DNA from: Cyanobacteria bacterium J06626_4
Lineage (GTDB): Bacteria; Cyanobacteriota; Cyanobacteriia; Phormidesmidales; Phormidesmidaceae
NCBI GenBank assembly: GCA_038523235.1
Contig: JBCBJQ010000004.1
Span: forward strand, 64,001 to 128,000
DNA: 64,000 bases
Direction of reading: 5' to 3'
Shown: piece after piece, positions 1 through 11,994 of the stretch
How positions within the stretch are numbered: the first letter of the stretch is position 1
Layout of the letters: each line of letters begins with the position of its first letter
Notes under the pieces: model-generated
What the model was told of the DNA's origin: nothing
What the model saw: only the letters and a program-made list of their open reading frames with translations
Databases searched by the model: none
Made by a program: the position numbers and the translations under genes

Positions 1-580
1 CATCGGAGATCGCCCGGAACTGTTCAAACGGAATCACGCGCGGGTAGGCCGAATAGCCGCAAATGATGAGCTTTGGGCGATGCTCTAAAGCCAAGGCCCG
101 AATCTGATCAAAATCAAGTGTCTCAGTGTCAGCATTAACGCCATACTGCACGACGTTGAACCATTTGCCGGATACGTTCACCGGTGATCCGTGGGTCAAA
201 TGCCCACCATGGGACAGATCCATCCCCATAATGGTGTCACCAGGCTGGAGGAGCGCTAAAAACACAGCGAAGTTGGCCTGAGCGCCGGAGTGCGGTTGGA
301 CGTTGGCATGGGCGGCACCAAACAGCTTTTTGATACGCTCAATCGCCAAAGACTCCACCTGATCGACGAATTCACAGCCGCCGTAATACCGCTTGCCCGG
401 TAGCCCTTCCGCATACTTATTTGTCAAGGCTGAGCCTTGGGCTGCCATCACGGCCGACGAGGCAAAATTTTCACTCGCGATTAGCTCAAGGTGATCGCGC
501 TGGCGCTGCAGCTCGCGTTGCACGATATCTGCCACTAACGGATCACTGTCCTGAAGAATTTCTAAAATTGATTGCGTCAC
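1..580 (-). CDS. glyA: Serine hydroxymethyltransferase, 5' part (runs off the window start)
   Basis: Not in the ORF track. The reverse strand reads from GTG at 580: ...[14 protein letters not shown]...[22 protein letters not shown]...[13 protein letters not shown]...[14 protein letters not shown], which are classic SHMT motifs. Confidence 0.97.
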   Translation of the reverse strand, partial: MTQSILEILQDSDPLVADIVQRELQRQRDHLELIASENFASSAVMAAQGSALTNKYAEGLPGKRYYGGCEFVDQVESLAIERIKKLFGAAHANVQPHSGAQANFAVFLALLQPGDTIMGMDLSHGGHLTHGSPVNVSGKWFNVVQYGVNADTETLDFDQIRALALEHRPKLIICGYSAYPRVIPFEQFRAISD

Positions 581-862
581 AGCTCTCAACCCCAATAACC
601 AATTCGATACTTTAGTCCGCTCATCGCGTAGTTCACCCAGACTCTGCTGCTTCCCTGGTCTACTTCCTCAGATCGGTATCTTAGGAATGAGCCCGACCAC
701 TCGCGCCGCCGCGATCGCCTTGGAGGGCAGCCAAGCAGTCAGAGAATTGAAGACTCTGGATTCATTATCTTAGGGGTTTTATTCTGAGCAGACTACCTTT
801 TGTCATGGTTATGCAAGATCTTTGAGGCGGCAAACTCTGGTAGAGAAATCGCCCTACCTGGG

Positions 863-889
863 TTTGTAACGAAATGAAACATATACTAT
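863..889 (+). promoter_or_regulatory. HLR1-like (RpaB) direct repeat next to a -10 box in the crtP promoter
   Basis: The reverse complement of 863-880 is GTTTCATT-TC-GTTACAAA, one mismatch from (G/T)TTACA(T/A)(T/A)-N2 x2. TATACT/TACTAT follows at 882-889. Confidence 0.6.
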
Positions 890-933
890 TAAGACAGCGA
901 TAAAGCCAAACCAAACATTTGCAAGGGGAATAA

Positions 934-2364
<1,431 letters not shown>

Positions 2365-2495
2365 GCAAAATCCCGCAAACAGCGGTTAAATCGGGCTGGC
2401 TTTAACGTATTCTGTGATAGGAAGCCAGTCCGCTGCTAGCGGGCTCTGAGCGCTGTAATCTTAAATATGTTTCGAGTTTCCAGCTATAAAGATTG

Positions 2496-3425
2496 ATGCT
2501 GCAATTGTCCCACTCGCTGCGGTCTAAGGAATTTGTTCCCAAGGAGGATGCCTATGAGGCCTGCCGCCAGGTTACAGCGGAATATTCCAAAACGTTTTAT
2601 CTCGGAACTTTGCTGATGACGCCCGAAAAGCGTCGGGCAATCTGGGCCATCTACGTTTGGTGTCGCCGCACTGATGAATTGGTGGATGGACCGCAGGCTG
2701 CGCTCACCACTGAAGAAACTTTAGACCGCTGGGAGAAGCAACTCACTTCAATCTTTCAAGGTCAACCCGTTGAAGATACGGATGTAGCGCTGGTCGATAC
2801 GTTGCAGCGGTTTCCCTTAGAGATTCAGCCCTTCAAAGACATGATTGAAGGGCAGCGGATGGATTTGGATCGATCGCGCTATCACACCTTTGAAGAGCTG
2901 GAACTTTACTGTTATCGGGTTGCAGGCACGGTTGGTTTGATGTCAACTGCGGTTATGGGCATTGATTCTGAGCAGCAAACCGCACCTTGGCAGCGGTATG
3001 AGCCTTCACCCAATCCGATGAAAGAAGCCGTTGCCCTCGGCATTGCTAATCAGCTGACGAATATTTTGCGTGACGTTGGTGAAGATGCGCGGCGGGGGCG
3101 CATTTATTTACCCCTCGAAGATTTGGCCCTGTTTGACTATACCGAAGCGGATTTGATGAACGGCGTGATTGACGATCGCTGGCGAGCCTTGATGCAGTTT
3201 GAGATTCAACGTGCCCGCAAGTTTTATCAAGAAGCTGAGCAGGGTATCAGTCGCTTGAGTCCTGATGCTCGCTGGCCTGTCTGGGCTGCTCAGGTGCTTT
3301 ACAGCAAGATTCTGACGGTCATTGAGCAAAATGGCTACGACGTTTTTACCAAGCGGGCTTACGTCCCGAGGCTACAAAAGATCATGTGCCTGCCGGGGAC
3401 CTTGGTGCGATCGCGGATGCTTTAG
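2496..3425 (+). CDS. crtB: Phytoene synthase
   Basis: YSKTFYLGT, WCRRTDELVD, YCYRVAGTVGLM and NQLTNILRDVGEDARRGRIYLP motifs. ATG at 2496 (TTG at 2493). Confidence 0.97.
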   Translation: MLQLSHSLRSKEFVPKEDAYEACRQVTAEYSKTFYLGTLLMTPEKRRAIWAIYVWCRRTDELVDGPQAALTTEETLDRWEKQLTSIFQGQPVEDTDVALVDTLQRFPLEIQPFKDMIEGQRMDLDRSRYHTFEELELYCYRVAGTVGLMSTAVMGIDSEQQTAPWQRYEPSPNPMKEAVALGIANQLTNILRDVGEDARRGRIYLPLEDLALFDYTEADLMNGVIDDRWRALMQFEIQRARKFYQEAEQGISRLSPDARWPVWAAQVLYSKILTVIEQNGYDVFTKRAYVPRLQKIMCLPGTLVRSRML

Positions 3426-3521
3426 AGTTCGCTAAATTCAACCCATGATTTGTCGGGCTGCTGTCAGCTGTGATCGCTGTCGCCCCGGCCGACGCACACA
3501 ATCCAAAATCTGAAAGCTGGG

Positions 3522-4241
3522 ATGAAACCGTACCACCACGTGCCGATCCATGAGTGTCACGAACCTCTGGTACCCCTGCCCCTACAAGAGTTTGCCGTGG
3601 TCATGCCGCATCCCTATGTGGCGTTAGGTGCGCCCTATGGCGATCGCTCGCCCTATTGGCTGCGCCAGACCGTGGTCGAGGCGTTGCGTCGAGTTCAATC
3701 CTCTCTGCAGGCCGAGCAACCGGGCTGGCGTTTGCAAGTGTTTGATGCCTATCGCCCGATTCCGGTGCAGCAGTTTATGGTGGACTACACTACTCAAGAC
3801 TTGGCTCACCAACAGGGGCTCGACTGGTCACAGCTCTCAATGGCCCAACAGCAAACGCTGCTCGAAACGGTGTATCAGTTTTGGGCCCTGCCAAGCCCTG
3901 ACCCGCAAACACCCCCACCCCACAGTACGGGTGCGGCCATTGACCTCACCCTGATAGATGCTCAAGGGTTGCCCGTCGCGATGGGGTCGCCAATCGACGA
4001 GGTCTCAGCACGATCTCATCCCGATTATTTTCAGGCAGCCGCTGCGGATCATGCGCAATTTCATGCCCATCGATGTTTGCTCCGGCAGCTGATGGTAGCC
4101 GCTGGTTTTCAACAACATCCTGCCGAATGGTGGCATTTTTCGCATGGTGACCAACTGTGGGCTTGGCTCACGACCCAACAGACTGGCCAATTTACGGTGG
4201 CGCGCTATGGCTGTGCCGAACTGCCGCCCCGTTTGGCATGA
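3522..4241 (+). CDS. D-alanyl-D-alanine dipeptidase (M15/VanX-DdpX family)
   Basis: FDAYRP, PPHSTGAAIDLTL and EWWHFS zinc-peptidase motifs. Confidence 0.9.
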   Translation: MKPYHHVPIHECHEPLVPLPLQEFAVVMPHPYVALGAPYGDRSPYWLRQTVVEALRRVQSSLQAEQPGWRLQVFDAYRPIPVQQFMVDYTTQDLAHQQGLDWSQLSMAQQQTLLETVYQFWALPSPDPQTPPPHSTGAAIDLTLIDAQGLPVAMGSPIDEVSARSHPDYFQAAAADHAQFHAHRCLLRQLMVAAGFQQHPAEWWHFSHGDQLWAWLTTQQTGQFTVARYGCAELPPRLA

Positions 4242-4251
4242 AGTATTTTTG

Positions 4252-4704
4252 TTAGCGCTGCTGAGGCAGTGGAGAGAGCGGACTCTCAGTGGGCAACTCT
4301 GCCTGTAGCCTTAAACAGTTGCTTTGTCCTTGAACTCTCACCTGATATTCCACCTTGTCCATCAGCCGGTTTAAAATCAACCAGCCGTAGCCTCCCTCTT
4401 GGTGAGCATCTGGCGCTGGTGGCAAATAGGTGCTGAGATCAAAGCCTTCTCCTTGATCCCAAACCTCTAAAAATAGGACGTCAGCCTGCACTTCCAATTT
4501 CAGCAAGACCGGCAACTGGGGTTGTTCGTGGTGAGCATGGCGAACAACGTTGGAATAGGCTTCTACAATCACTAAGCGCAAGCGATTTTCCCATTTCGGC
4601 CAATCTGGCCAGTCGCCTAGCTCTAGCTGCAAAGTGCCCAACAGCCAAGCTTCAATGACGACTAAAAATCTGAGATCGCTGGGAATGCGGAGTTCAGTTT
4701 TCAT
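4252..4704 (-). CDS. RsbW-like anti-sigma factor / Ser kinase (HATPase)
   Basis: EAYSNVVRHA N-box, WDQGEGFD G1 box and EGGYG G2 box. The start overlaps the upstream stop (TAATG). Confidence 0.88.
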   Translation of the reverse strand: MKTELRIPSDLRFLVVIEAWLLGTLQLELGDWPDWPKWENRLRLVIVEAYSNVVRHAHHEQPQLPVLLKLEVQADVLFLEVWDQGEGFDLSTYLPPAPDAHQEGGYGWLILNRLMDKVEYQVRVQGQSNCLRLQAELPTESPLSPLPQQR

Positions 4705-6368
4705 TACTTCACCACCTCCAGCGACAACACCGTTTGGTCATCTTCCTGTTCAGCGCTACCCCGCTGAATTGACGCTAAGAGCTGATCCAAATCTAAGGGG
4801 AGTGCTTGGGTTTTTAGGAGTTTCCACAGCCCCGTCTGATGCAACATGGCGGCTCCTTCGGAGGCCTCAGCGGCTACCGTGGCTTCGGTGAGCCCGTCAC
4901 TCGTGAGGAGTAGCGTTTTGCCAGGAGCTAGTTCAGTTTCACCAGCTTGCGCTGTCCAATCCGGCAAAATTCCGAGGGGGACACCCCGAGTTTTGAGATA
5001 AAGCGGTTCACCTGCGGGTTCAGCAAGGGTTTGGACTGTCCACACTAACGGGTAGATGTGGCCGGCATTGGCATACCGCAGTTTGTGCGTTATTGGGTTA
5101 TAGCAAATCAGCACCAGCGTGACAAAACAGTTGCTGCTGACTAAGTCATCCCAAAGGCTCCGGTTTAAATTTTGCATCACCTTTTCAGGCGAGGGCGAAC
5201 GCTCTTGAGACAATTCGCGGCGCAACACAGAGATCGCACTCGCCATAAACAGTGCTGCTGGCACCCCCTTGCCCGAGACATCCCCCACCGCGAGCCAGAC
5301 ATCACCCTGCGGGTGAGAAAAAATCTCATAGAAATCGCCGCCCACTTCATGCGCTGGTAGGCACCGAGCTTGAATGCGGACGTTTTCAATGGTGGGTAGA
5401 CTTTGACGCAGCAAGTTGGTTTGAATCTGCCGAGCGACCTCTAGTTCTGCCCGCATCTGCTGTGTCTGCATTTGAATGCGTTGATACAGTTTGGCCTGGG
5501 AGATGGCTAGGGCAATTTGCTCAGCGACACTGTCCAGCAACTGCGTCGTGGTTTCGGCCCAGTCGGAGACTAAGGCCGAGTGGTAAAGCGTGACGATCGC
5601 TAACGTCGTTTGCTGATATCGCAGCGGTAGCGTCAACGCCGTCAGAGGCGTGGACTGCTCTATCGTGTCTAGCTGGCGCTGCCCCGTCTGCAGCACCCAC
5701 TCACTCATTGACAGGCTATGACCTTTGAAACTCGTGGCCGCTGCCGCGCTTAACGTCGTGAAGCTAAAACTAAGTGACTTGTCTAACTCCGTTGACGTCT
5801 CATCCGCGTTGACCACATAGAGTACGACGTGGCAGGCCTCAAAGGTTTTGCCTAAGGTGATAGCGATCGTCTGCAACATGCTGTCGTAATCTAGCGACTC
5901 GCGAATGGCGCTCATCACTTCGTTAAAAAACGACTCGCGTGATAGCGCTTGAGTCAAGGCTCGGGTGCGCTGTTTGACGACCCGAAACGTTTCTGCTGCT
6001 TGCATCACTACTGTCTTCAGGTCAGCTGGTTTCCAGGGCTTCGTAATGTATTTGAAAACTTTGCCGGAATTGATCGCCTCGACCAAGTCTTCAACATCGG
6101 TATAGCCTGTTAAGACAATGCGGATGGTGTCTGGAAACTGTTCAACGGTGCGGCTTAGAAACTCAGTGCCGTTCATGCGGGGCATGCGCTGATCAGAAAT
6201 GATCACCGCCATTTCACCCACCTCAGCCAAAACCTGCAGAGCCTTAAAGCCGTCCTCTGCTTTATAAACTTCAAACTCCCGTCGAAAGGTGCGATACAAC
6301 AAGTCCAGGTTGTCTGGTTCGTCGTCTACGACCATAAGTTTTAGGAGGTTATCATCTTCCCAGGCCAT
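4704..6368 (-). CDS. SpoIIE/PP2C-family phosphatase with N-terminal receiver and GAF domains
   Basis: Receiver motifs VVDDE, ISDQRMP and KPW; GAF-like middle; PP2C motifs VGGDFY, GDVSGKG, SDG and EDDQT. ATG at 6368 preferred (alternative 6383). Confidence 0.92.
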   Translation of the reverse strand: MAWEDDNLLKLMVVDDEPDNLDLLYRTFRREFEVYKAEDGFKALQVLAEVGEMAVIISDQRMPRMNGTEFLSRTVEQFPDTIRIVLTGYTDVEDLVEAINSGKVFKYITKPWKPADLKTVVMQAAETFRVVKQRTRALTQALSRESFFNEVMSAIRESLDYDSMLQTIAITLGKTFEACHVVLYVVNADETSTELDKSLSFSFTTLSAAAATSFKGHSLSMSEWVLQTGQRQLDTIEQSTPLTALTLPLRYQQTTLAIVTLYHSALVSDWAETTTQLLDSVAEQIALAISQAKLYQRIQMQTQQMRAELEVARQIQTNLLRQSLPTIENVRIQARCLPAHEVGGDFYEIFSHPQGDVWLAVGDVSGKGVPAALFMASAISVLRRELSQERSPSPEKVMQNLNRSLWDDLVSSNCFVTLVLICYNPITHKLRYANAGHIYPLVWTVQTLAEPAGEPLYLKTRGVPLGILPDWTAQAGETELAPGKTLLLTSDGLTEATVAAEASEGAAMLHQTGLWKLLKTQALPLDLDQLLASIQRGSAEQEDDQTVLSLEVVK

Positions 6369-6720
6369 CGGGAAAGTCCTCATAGGGAACGATTGCAGGA
6401 GCTAGCGATGCTGCCAGAGCGAGCCTAACGGCCGGCAAAGGGACGAGTTCTGTGGCTTCAGGGGCAGTCGGTTGAGTTCGAGGCCTGCGATCAGCCTGCG
6501 ATCGTTGCCATGGCCTCTGAGAGACGGTCACCTGAATATTCTCTAGCGTTCCCACCTTAAACCCATACTTACCGTATCCTCTCTGCCGTCGGAGAATTGA
6601 GTCAAGGATGGTACCGATTTCCGCGTGAATGGCTGGTTGTTCGCGGGAGATGAGGTGCGGCAATGGATGGGGAGCGCGCGTGATGCTGTTAGTAGCGAGG
6701 TGGCCAAGATGATTAACGGC

Positions 6721-7623
6721 TTATCCCCTGCTGGATGATGGCTGTATGCGCTCGGCTACTCTGAGCTTGGCCGAGCGCGCTCGAGGATTTGCCGCCACTT
6801 CTTCGGCGGTAGCGATGAGAGGCTTTTTGGTGATGATTTGCAGGCGCTCATCTTGGCGAAACGCCCATTTGACGATGCGATCTTCCAAACTGTGAAAGCT
6901 GATGATGACTAAACGGCCACCGGGCACGAGCCAGTCGGGTGCCTTCTCCAAAAAGGTTTTCAGTACTTCCAGTTCCGCATTGACGGCAATGCGTAGAGCT
7001 TGAAAGGTGCGGGTTGCGGGGTGAATTCGACCATAACGATACTTTTTCGGCACACAGTCAGCGATCGCCGCTGCCAGTTCAGTGGTGGTTTGAAAGGGGC
7101 GTTTTTCTACAATCTGGCGGGCGATGCGTCGCGACAACCGCTCTTCGCCGTAGATATAGATCGTGTTGGCCAGCTCTGTTTCATCCCAATGATTGACAAT
7201 AGCGGCGGCGCTGAGATCTTGATGCGGGTTCATGCGCATATCTAGGGGGGCGGTTTTACGGAAGCTAAAGCCGCGCTCTGGCGTATCGAGCTGGGCTGAA
7301 CTAACGCCAATGTCAGCCAGAATGCCGTCAAATCGATTGGTGCCCGGATCAAAATTGCTGAAATTGGTGTGGCAAAAGGTGACGCGATCGCCATATTCTG
7401 ACAGCCGCGCTTGAGCGGCCTCAAGGGCGGTCGTATCTTGATCTAAGGCGACGAGCTGTAGCGTCGCACTAGTCTGCAACAGTAGGACACTGTGCCCGCC
7501 GCCACCCACCGTAGCGTCCAAGTATCGTCGGGGAGTCGTTGGTGATGCGGTGGCCTGCAGTCCTGTCAATACCGGCTGGGGCATCACCGGCACATGTTGA
7601 AAGGAAACCGTTTCGTCTGTCAT
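6721..7623 (-). CDS. rsmH: 16S rRNA m4C1402 methyltransferase
   Basis: HVPVM, DATVGGGGHS, DIGVSSAQLD..RGFSF, HPATRTFQALRIAVN, FHSLEDRIVK and NPRARSAKLR motifs. Confidence 0.97.
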   Translation of the reverse strand: MTDETVSFQHVPVMPQPVLTGLQATASPTTPRRYLDATVGGGGHSVLLLQTSATLQLVALDQDTTALEAAQARLSEYGDRVTFCHTNFSNFDPGTNRFDGILADIGVSSAQLDTPERGFSFRKTAPLDMRMNPHQDLSAAAIVNHWDETELANTIYIYGEERLSRRIARQIVEKRPFQTTTELAAAIADCVPKKYRYGRIHPATRTFQALRIAVNAELEVLKTFLEKAPDWLVPGGRLVIISFHSLEDRIVKWAFRQDERLQIITKKPLIATAEEVAANPRARSAKLRVAERIQPSSSRG

Positions 7624-7890
7624 TCAAGTCCTGGATAAGCCATCTGCGATCGCCGTTGCCGCGCTCTCAATCGCCTGATCGGGCGGTTGGGTGGCACGCT
7701 ATTAGCGATTACAATTGCTTCCCCAAGCTTACGGTATGAAAATGCGTAGATCTTCGGGGTCTGACCTTTTATATTAAGTAAGAGAGCGTACAGTTGGACT
7801 GTCGAAACTTAATTGAGTTTAGACAGCTAACTACCGCAACTTGTCCCCGTTGGGGGCGTCGCACTCGTTGACATCATCCCAGGCGTATTC

Positions 7891-9078
7891 ATGACGACAC
7901 GCATTGAGACTAAAACTGAACCCATGGTCATCAACATGGGGCCGCATCATCCTTCTATGCACGGAGTGCTGCGCCTCATCGTGACCTTAGACGGTGAAGA
8001 TGTGGTGGATTGTGAGCCCGTGATTGGCTACCTGCATCGCGGCATGGAGAAAATTGCTGAAAGTCGTACTAACGTCCAGTTTGTGCCCTACGTGAGTCGG
8101 TGGGACTATGCTGCTGGCATGTTTAATGAGGCGATCACTGTCAATGCCCCCGAGCAGCTCGCAGATATTGATGTGCCCAAACGGGCCAGCTACATTCGCG
8201 TCATCATGTTGGAGCTTAACCGCGTAGCCAACCATCTTCTGTGGTTGGGGCCGTTTTTGGCTGACGTTGGGGCTCAAACTCCGTTCTTCTACATTTTTCG
8301 GGAGCGAGAGCTGATCTATGACCTGTGGGAAGCGGCTACTGGTCAACGCATGGTCAACAATAACTATTTCCGCATTGGAGGGGTGGCGGCTGATCTGCCC
8401 TACGGCTGGATTAATAAATGTCTGGACTTCTGCGATTACTTTCTACCCAAAGTGGATGAGTACGAGAAGCTGATTACCAACAACCCCATCTTTCGGCGCC
8501 GAATTGAAGGTATTGGTGTCATCTCTCGGGATGAAGCACTCTCTTGGGGACTGTCTGGTCCGATGCTCCGTGGCTCTGGCGTGAAATGGGACTTGCGCAA
8601 GGTTGACCATTACGAATGCTATGACGAACTCGATTGGGACATCCAGTACGCCACCGAAGGAGACTGTATGGCTCGCTATGTGGTTCGCGTGGCGGAAATG
8701 CGGGAATCTATCAAGATTATTCGCCAAGCCTGCAAGCAGCTACCCGGTGGGCCTTACGAAAATTTGGAAGCCAAACGTATGGCTGAAGGCCCCAAATCTG
8801 AATGGAATGGGTTTGACTATCAGTTTGCGGGTAAAAAGATTCCGCCCACCTTCAAGATTCCGGCTGGTGAGCACTACGTGCGTCTCGAAAGCGGCAAAGG
8901 TGAGCTAGGCGTCTTTATCATGGGGGATGATAATGTTTTTCCCTGGCGCTTTAAGATTCGCGCCGCTGACTTCAACAACCTGCAAATTCTGCCGCATCTG
9001 CTGAAAGGCATGAAGGTTGCCGACATCATGGCAATTCTGGGCAGCATTGACATCATTATGGGATCGGTTGATCGCTAA
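7891..9078 (+). CDS. ndhH: NAD(P)H-quinone oxidoreductase subunit H
   Basis: [27 protein letters not shown] and C-terminal IIMGSVDR. Confidence 0.98.
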   Translation: MTTRIETKTEPMVINMGPHHPSMHGVLRLIVTLDGEDVVDCEPVIGYLHRGMEKIAESRTNVQFVPYVSRWDYAAGMFNEAITVNAPEQLADIDVPKRASYIRVIMLELNRVANHLLWLGPFLADVGAQTPFFYIFRERELIYDLWEAATGQRMVNNNYFRIGGVAADLPYGWINKCLDFCDYFLPKVDEYEKLITNNPIFRRRIEGIGVISRDEALSWGLSGPMLRGSGVKWDLRKVDHYECYDELDWDIQYATEGDCMARYVVRVAEMRESIKIIRQACKQLPGGPYENLEAKRMAEGPKSEWNGFDYQFAGKKIPPTFKIPAGEHYVRLESGKGELGVFIMGDDNVFPWRFKIRAADFNNLQILPHLLKGMKVADIMAILGSIDIIMGSVDR

Positions 9079-9108
9079 CTGCATCAGCTTTGTTGCCCAC
9101 GCATTGCC

Positions 9109-9142
9109 AGGCCCGATTGATCGCGCTCAATCGGGCCTTTTT
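9109..9142 (+). terminator. Intrinsic terminator after ndhH
   Basis: AGGCCCGATTGA-tcgcgc-TCAATCGGGCCT is a 12-bp stem, followed by a T run. Confidence 0.8.
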
Positions 9143-9274
9143 GACCGGCTAGTTTAGCGACTTCGGGAAAGCTTTGCAATTCTGGCGACGGCTGCCGATT
9201 GGACAACCGGCGATCTATTTAGATGCTGAGCCGGGGTGGCTATGTGAAACTGCAGTCGGCGGTTGCTACCGCAG

Positions 9275-10642
9275 CTATAATTGCCCGTTCCAAGTCAACC
9301 GTTGCTCTGCTGAGTGCTCGCCGAGCGATCGCTCGATGTGTAATTCCACTTGGGCAAAGGTGCCCTGCCGCAGATCGCGATCGCGAATATCAAGTTGCCC
9401 CAGAGCCAGCACAAATCGGTTTTGATCCCGCGTCACCACCTGCGGGGGCAAGACGCCAGCAAAGCGTTCTTGATAGCGGGCCCGGCGACTGTTGCGCGGG
9501 TCGTCATCGGTTGTGCGATAAATCAACTCAAATCGGGTCGTGACTGCTGCCGATTCGCGGCCTAAATCAATCACCGTGAGCGTCCAATCTCGCCCAGAGC
9601 CACTGGGATTGCCCCACGCTAAATCGGTCACTCGGTCGGCTCGAACAATCTGGTCAATGGTGTAAGTGGTCGTTGCACTGTTGCGATCAAGACGACCCTC
9701 AATCCAATAGCGATCGGGAAATTGAATCTGTACGTCTCCCGAGTCTGCCAATGTCGCCGTGGGGCTCAAGCCTAAAAACTGCGTGGGCGCTCGCGGCGCT
9801 TGCCACCGGAGTTGCACCTGAGCTTCTATTTGCCCCAAATACTGGTTGTACGTATTCGCAACCACGGAGCCGCTGGCTAATAAAGCCCCGATGCCTTGCC
9901 GCGCTTCCCATCGATGCTTGGATAGGGTAACGGGTTGGCTCAGCCAGGTGGATAACGGCTCGGTTAGAGTCGGCTGCTCGGGTGGCAGCAACTCGGCTTG
10001 GTCAATCAACCAAACCTGACCCGGTGAGCCGGTGGCGCCGTCACGACCATCGCGGCCATATCGTCCTGAGTCACCATCACGGCAGTCATAGCGTTCTTCA
10101 TGGCAATTGCCGTCTTGACACACCTCGACTCGCCAGCTGCGGTCATCGCAGCGACAGCCGACGCTGCCGCGCCCCCCCCGACCGCCACGTCCCGCATCGC
10201 CTCCAGCCGCATTGACGAACACTTGGCGCAGCTGGGTCGGGTCAGTGTAATAGAGAGTGACTGCACCGCCTTGTCCCCCCCGGCCGCCGTCACCGCCGTT
10301 ACCGCCATCGCCGCCATTGGGTGCCTGAAGGTCATAACGCACATCGTGGGGTTGTGCTGAACAGGTGGGGCGATCGGCATCACCGCCCTCTTCGCCATCC
10401 TGCCCTAAGGCACCGATGGTGTTTACCTGGCGAGGAGCGCCATCAATAAAAACGCTCTGGCGATCGCCATCACGGCCAGTGCGACCGGCTCGGCCATTGA
10501 CCCCATCGCGACCATCGATGCCATAGGTGCGTACTTGAGCCGCTAGGGCCTGCCAGGCTGGCAAGGGCGGTAGGAGAGCGGAAAAGGCGATCGCCAGCAT
10601 CAAGCCAGCGAGGCTAAAGGCAAACGCAGTCCGAAATTTCAT
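9275..10642 (-). CDS. Secreted glycine-rich (collagen-like) protein
   Basis: N-terminal signal peptide; several G-X-Y/GGX blocks (GIDGRDGVNGRAGRTGRDG, GGDGGNGGDGGRGGQGG); a Cys-rich loop; beta-rich C-terminus. Confidence 0.8.
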   Translation of the reverse strand: MKFRTAFAFSLAGLMLAIAFSALLPPLPAWQALAAQVRTYGIDGRDGVNGRAGRTGRDGDRQSVFIDGAPRQVNTIGALGQDGEEGGDADRPTCSAQPHDVRYDLQAPNGGDGGNGGDGGRGGQGGAVTLYYTDPTQLRQVFVNAAGGDAGRGGRGGRGSVGCRCDDRSWRVEVCQDGNCHEERYDCRDGDSGRYGRDGRDGATGSPGQVWLIDQAELLPPEQPTLTEPLSTWLSQPVTLSKHRWEARQGIGALLASGSVVANTYNQYLGQIEAQVQLRWQAPRAPTQFLGLSPTATLADSGDVQIQFPDRYWIEGRLDRNSATTTYTIDQIVRADRVTDLAWGNPSGSGRDWTLTVIDLGRESAAVTTRFELIYRTTDDDPRNSRRARYQERFAGVLPPQVVTRDQNRFVLALGQLDIRDRDLRQGTFAQVELHIERSLGEHSAEQRLTWNGQL

Positions 10643-11013
10643 AGGAATCAAATCTAGAATTTAGGGGGCAGAGTCAAGCACGACGTTAGTTTCGCTACCA
10701 CTGGTGTCGCACAAAAATCGGGGGCGCGAGAGCGGTGGCTGATCGGTTTGTTGCCGCCAGTGTAATCAGCTCCAGGGAATTTAGAAGATGGACGGTCACC
10801 CAACAGAATCGGTAGCAGGTATCGTATTTGACTTACTACATGACGCTTAATAACGAATCAGTGTTTCTTAATCCCAGCTTGCTCCCCATGGCAATGGGTA
10901 CCCTATCGCTGTCTGAGGATAGAGGGATAAATCACCCATGCAGCGGCTGAGAAAGTGACACCAGCTGCCAGGAAGTTCCGGCGATGCTGGTGCTGTGAAG
11001 TCGGGGCAAATGA

Positions 11014-11955
11014 CTAGGAAGTTCTGAACTGAGGCCCGTCAAATGTGCCCAACAGACGCACCTCAGGATGTAGCAAGATATTCCACTTGTCTTGGACTTC
11101 GTCTTGTACCGACCGGATCAGACTCAAAACATCTTCGGCGGTGGCTCCGCCTACATTCACAATGAAATTAGCGTGCATAGGTGAGACCTGAGCTTGGCCA
11201 ATCTGCAACGCTTTCAGCCCGGTTTGCTCAATCAGCCAGCCCGCTTTGTGGGAGCTGGGGTTACGAAAGACACTGCCACAGCTGGGTAAATGATAAGGCT
11301 GAGTTGAGCGTCGCTGGGCGATCGCTGCCTGAGTATCAGCCATGACCTCGGCGACAGCATCTCCAGGCGTTAACTGAAACGTGGCCTGAGTCACCATGCA
11401 GAGCTTCGACTGCAGGCTAGAGGTGCGATAGGAAAAGTTCAGTTCTTGAGGCGAGAGCACGATTGGCTCACCTGCCAGCGTGACCCCATGAGCTTGAATC
11501 AAGCTGTCTGCGGTGCAGGCACGATGAGCACCCGCGTTCATAAAGACTGCCCCACCGACCGTACCGGGAATGCCCACAGCCCATTCCAGACCGCGCCAGC
11601 CGCGACGTGCCGCTTTCCAGGCGAGATTAGGCAGCGGTTCACCAGCGGCAACCGTCAATTGGCCGGTCGTTTCGTCAAAGTCAACGCCTCGCAGATGGCG
11701 TGTACAGACGACGAGGCCTCGCAAGCCGCGATCGCTCACCAGCAAATTAGACCCCGCGCCTAAAAAGGTTACGGGTAACTCATGGCTTTGAGCCCACTGC
11801 AAACTAGCGGCGATATCGCTAGACGTCTTTGGCAAAGTGAACCAGTCAGCTTTGCCGCCTACTCGATAAGAGGTGAAAGCCGCTAGGGAAATTCGCTGCT
11901 GCAGAGGGAACGTCGGTTCTTTGACCACGTCAATCGCATCCAGGGAAAGTACCAC
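11014..11955 (-). CDS. murB: UDP-N-acetylmuramate dehydrogenase
   Basis: TSYRVGG, LGAGSNLL, GIPGTVGGAVFMNAGA, PSCGSVFRNP and HANFIVN motifs. Confidence 0.97.
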   Translation of the reverse strand: MVLSLDAIDVVKEPTFPLQQRISLAAFTSYRVGGKADWFTLPKTSSDIAASLQWAQSHELPVTFLGAGSNLLVSDRGLRGLVVCTRHLRGVDFDETTGQLTVAAGEPLPNLAWKAARRGWRGLEWAVGIPGTVGGAVFMNAGAHRACTADSLIQAHGVTLAGEPIVLSPQELNFSYRTSSLQSKLCMVTQATFQLTPGDAVAEVMADTQAAIAQRRSTQPYHLPSCGSVFRNPSSHKAGWLIEQTGLKALQIGQAQVSPMHANFIVNVGGATAEDVLSLIRSVQDEVQDKWNILLHPEVRLLGTFDGPQFRTS

Positions 11956-11994
11956 AGTTTATCTCCGCCAAAGTTAAGTTAGCAACAACGGCAG

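Noticed and set aside
581..780. Possible ZMP/ZTP or other riboswitch upstream of glyA
   Set aside because: I could not find the conserved pfl/ZTP sequence blocks on the minus strand. An Infernal scan would be needed to exclude it fully.
6352..6663. 103-aa ORF upstream of the PP2C gene
   Set aside because: Non-ATG start, no recognisable motif, and it overlaps the likely promoter and start of the phosphatase.
9982..10398. Ala/Thr-rich ORFs overlapping the Gly-rich gene
   Set aside because: These are shadow frames produced by the GGC-rich repeats of the real gene.
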